DNA from: Nitrospirota bacterium
GTDB lineage: Bacteria > Nitrospirota > UBA9217
Direction of reading: 5' to 3'
Length of the DNA stretch: 64,000 nucleotides
NCBI GenBank assembly: GCA_963754875.1
Contig: CAVWHO010000021.1
Span: 1-64,000 of the forward strand
Below the pieces are notes generated by a model that did not search any database, was not told the origin of the DNA, and saw nothing but the letters and a program-made list of their open reading frames with translations. A program made the position numbers and the translations under genes. Every line of letters begins with the position of its first letter. Positions within the stretch are counted from its first letter, which is position 1. Positions 61,758 to 64,000 of the stretch are shown here, piece by piece.

Positions 61758-62391
61758 CGTGTCCCTCCCGAGAAAGAAATATCAGCTATCGCTTTTATCA
61801 TTGCTGCTGCAGCTTCGGCCGGATCTTCCGCACTGAGAATCGCACTGATGACTGCCACACCGTCTGCGCCGGCACGAATAACATCAGCGACATTCTCCTG
61901 CTTAATCCCGCCGATGGCTATGATCGGTATCGTAACCGCATTCCTGATGCCTGCCAGGCCTGCAATCCCTTGAATTGTTTCTGCGTCTTTCGTGGTGGTC
62001 GAAAAAATTGGTCCAAATCCGATATAATCCGCTCCCCGGCGTTCCGCTTCCCGCGCCTGCTCCAGGCTGTGCGTCGAGATGCCGATCAACTTCAGGGGGC
62101 CGAGAAGCTTTCGCGCCTGTTCAAGCGGAAGATCGTCCTGTCCCAGGTGCACGCCGTCCGCATCGACAGCCAAAGCGATGTCCGCGTGGTCATTTACGAT
62201 GAACGTCGCTTCGCTCTCGCGGGCGAGTTTGGCCAGTCGAAGTGATGTATCGTACAGTGATTTTCGGGAGCCTGTTTTATTACGGTATTGAAACAGCCTG
62301 ACGCCGGCAATGCGTGCCCGGGACATCGCCTGCTCGGGGCTTACGCGCAGTAGGCCCTGATCAAGAATCAGGCAGAGCCCTTTGAGTTCAT
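61754..62391 (-). CDS. thiE: Thiamine-phosphate synthase (probable 1-nt error just after the ATG overlapping the accC stop)
   Basis: [43 protein letters not shown]. Confidence 0.92.
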
Positions 62392-63734
62392 ACGGCCGGA
62401 TTGCTGTACCTCTCCATGAATTTCGTCGAAATATTGCCCTGCTGGAAATCAGGGTCTGAAAGGATCTTTTTATGCATGGGGATGGTCGTTTTGACGCCTT
62501 CGATGATGAACTCGTCGAGTGCACGCAGCATGCGCATGATGGCCTCATCACGACTTTCCGCATGTACGATGAGCTTTGCTATCATGGAATCATAATAGGG
62601 CGGGATGACGTATTTGTTGTATGCCGCGGTCTCCACCCGCACGCCGAGGCCCCCCGGGGGGTTGAACGTGGTTATCGTCCCCGGCGAGGGCGTAAATTTT
62701 TCCGGGTCTTCCGCGTTGATGCGGCACTCGATGCTGTGTCCCTTGATCCTGATCTGGTCCTGGGTGAACGAAAGCGGCAACCCTGATGCCACGCGGATCT
62801 GTTCCTTCACGAGGTCCAGGCCGGTTACCATCTCGGTCACCGGGTGCTCCACCTGGATTCGCGTGTTCATTTCCATGAAGTAAAATTTCTTGTTCTCGTC
62901 CATCAAGAACTCGATAGTCCCCGCATTGCGGTATTTGACGTTTTTCGCAATGGCAACGGCCATCTCTCCCATGGTTTTTCGCAGATTTGCATCGACGATG
63001 ACCGACGGCGCTTCTTCAATGAGTTTCTGATGACGGCGCTGGATCGAGCATTCCCGCTCACCGAGGTAAACGGCGTTGCCCTTGTCATCGGCCATGAGCT
63101 GGATCTCGATATGGCGCGGCTGGAGGATGTATTTTTCAATATACACGTCGGCGTTACTGAACGCAGCCAGCGCTTCCGTCTGCGCCATGACGAAGGCGTT
63201 GGCAAAATCGGCTTCATCCATGACGACGCGCATGCCCTTGCCCCCGCCGCCGGCGGAGGCTTTGACGATCACGGGAAATCCGAGTTCGCGGGCGATCTCA
63301 AGGGCGCTGTTTTCTTCCGTTACCACCCCGTCGCTGCCGGGCAATACAGGCACGCCAGCCTTTTTTGCGGTTTCGCGTGCCTTTGCCTTGTCTCCCATGA
63401 GCTTGATGCTCTCGGGACTCGGCCCGATGAACTTGATCCCGGTAGAACCGCAGATCTCGGCAAAGCTGGAATTCTCGGCCAGAAAGCCGTACCCGGGATG
63501 GATGGCTTCCGCATCGGTAATTTCGGCCGCGCTGATGATGCTCGGTACATTCAGGTAGCTGTCTGCGCTTTTCGGCGGGCCGATGCATACGCTTTCGTCG
63601 GCAAAACGCACGTGGAGCGAGTCGGCATCGGCGGTCGAATGAACGGCAACGGTCTTAATGTTCATTTCCTTGCATGCCCGGATGATCCGAAGCGCAATCT
63701 CGCCGCGGTTGGCGATCAATATCTTTTTAAACAC
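62388..63734 (-). CDS. accC: Acetyl-CoA carboxylase biotin carboxylase
   Basis: [43 protein letters not shown]. Confidence 0.97.
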   Translation of the reverse strand: MFKKILIANRGEIALRIIRACKEMNIKTVAVHSTADADSLHVRFADESVCIGPPKSADSYLNVPSIISAAEITDAEAIHPGYGFLAENSSFAEICGSTGIKFIGPSPESIKLMGDKAKARETAKKAGVPVLPGSDGVVTEENSALEIARELGFPVIVKASAGGGGKGMRVVMDEADFANAFVMAQTEALAAFSNADVYIEKYILQPRHIEIQLMADDKGNAVYLGERECSIQRRHQKLIEEAPSVIVDANLRKTMGEMAVAIAKNVKYRNAGTIEFLMDENKKFYFMEMNTRIQVEHPVTEMVTGLDLVKEQIRVASGLPLSFTQDQIRIKGHSIECRINAEDPEKFTPSPGTITTFNPPGGLGVRVETAAYNKYVIPPYYDSMIAKLIVHAESRDEAIMRMLRALDEFIIEGVKTTIPMHKKILSDPDFQQGNISTKFMERYSNPAV

Positions 63735-63791
63735 GCGAACACCTCGTGTACAATATTTTCAAGTGATAGTTCTCCTGGTATGCGCGCAGTG

Positions 63792-64000
63792 CTACATCGG
63801 CTCGATCACAAAAAGAGGCTGGCCGTACTCCACCGGTGACCCGTTCTCGACGACGACTCTGGACGATCTTGCCGGCTGTTTCCGACTCGATCTCATTCAT
63901 CAGTTTCATGGCTTCAATGATGCAGAGCACCTGCCCCTTCTTGACGATATCGCCGACTTCCACGTAGGGCGGTTTGTCCGGGGAACTCGCCCGGTAGAAC
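63792..64000 (-). CDS. accB: Biotin carboxyl carrier protein, C-terminal part, frameshift near 63858
   Basis: [12 protein letters not shown]; the other frame has [21 protein letters not shown]. Confidence 0.93.

Noticed and set aside
1000..63870. Programmed frameshifting or pseudogenisation of hisS, the RND pump, livK, thiE and accB
   Set aside because: No slippery motifs, both halves are otherwise intact, and essential genes are affected; sequencing error is more likely.

Overview
This window looks like three joined contig pieces, with breaks inferred at about 3455 and about 28870. Bases 1-3455 carry hisS, a SAM methyltransferase and lutB/lutC; they may come from a different organism (Chloroflexota-like, inference only). 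The rest has the gene content of an anaerobic Gram-negative bacterium (Nitrospirota/Desulfobacterota-like, inference). In order it holds: a TetR-headed efflux island with RND, MacAB and EmrAB pumps and one TolC; rpmB; a secreted mono-haem beta-propeller followed by a MacB-type ABC system, a TPR lipoprotein and a DUF4418-like remnant; a convergent CbcBA-like heptahaem c/cytochrome b pair with a sigma-54 promoter; truA; a split liv system; smc; a TlpA/microprotein/transglycosylase unit; TIGR04442-lptFG; coaE; a Crp/Fnr module with twin operator boxes; queC-nth; an MgtE-N/NRMT pair; a hybrid kinase; an ArsS-type radical-SAM cluster; an AICARFT-only purH; thiE; and accBC. About a dozen single-base frameshifts in conserved genes look like sequencing errors, while several short gene remnants look like real decay. 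Top candidates: (1) a 6-bladed propeller with a His3/Cys3 ring plus CxxCH and a possible ABC maturation system, beside CbcBA; (2) UGA-Sec recoding, seen in ArsS with a clear SECIS and in an unannotated 52-aa membrane microprotein. No rRNA, tRNA, CRISPR array or transposase was seen. All family calls come from motif recognition, not database searches.
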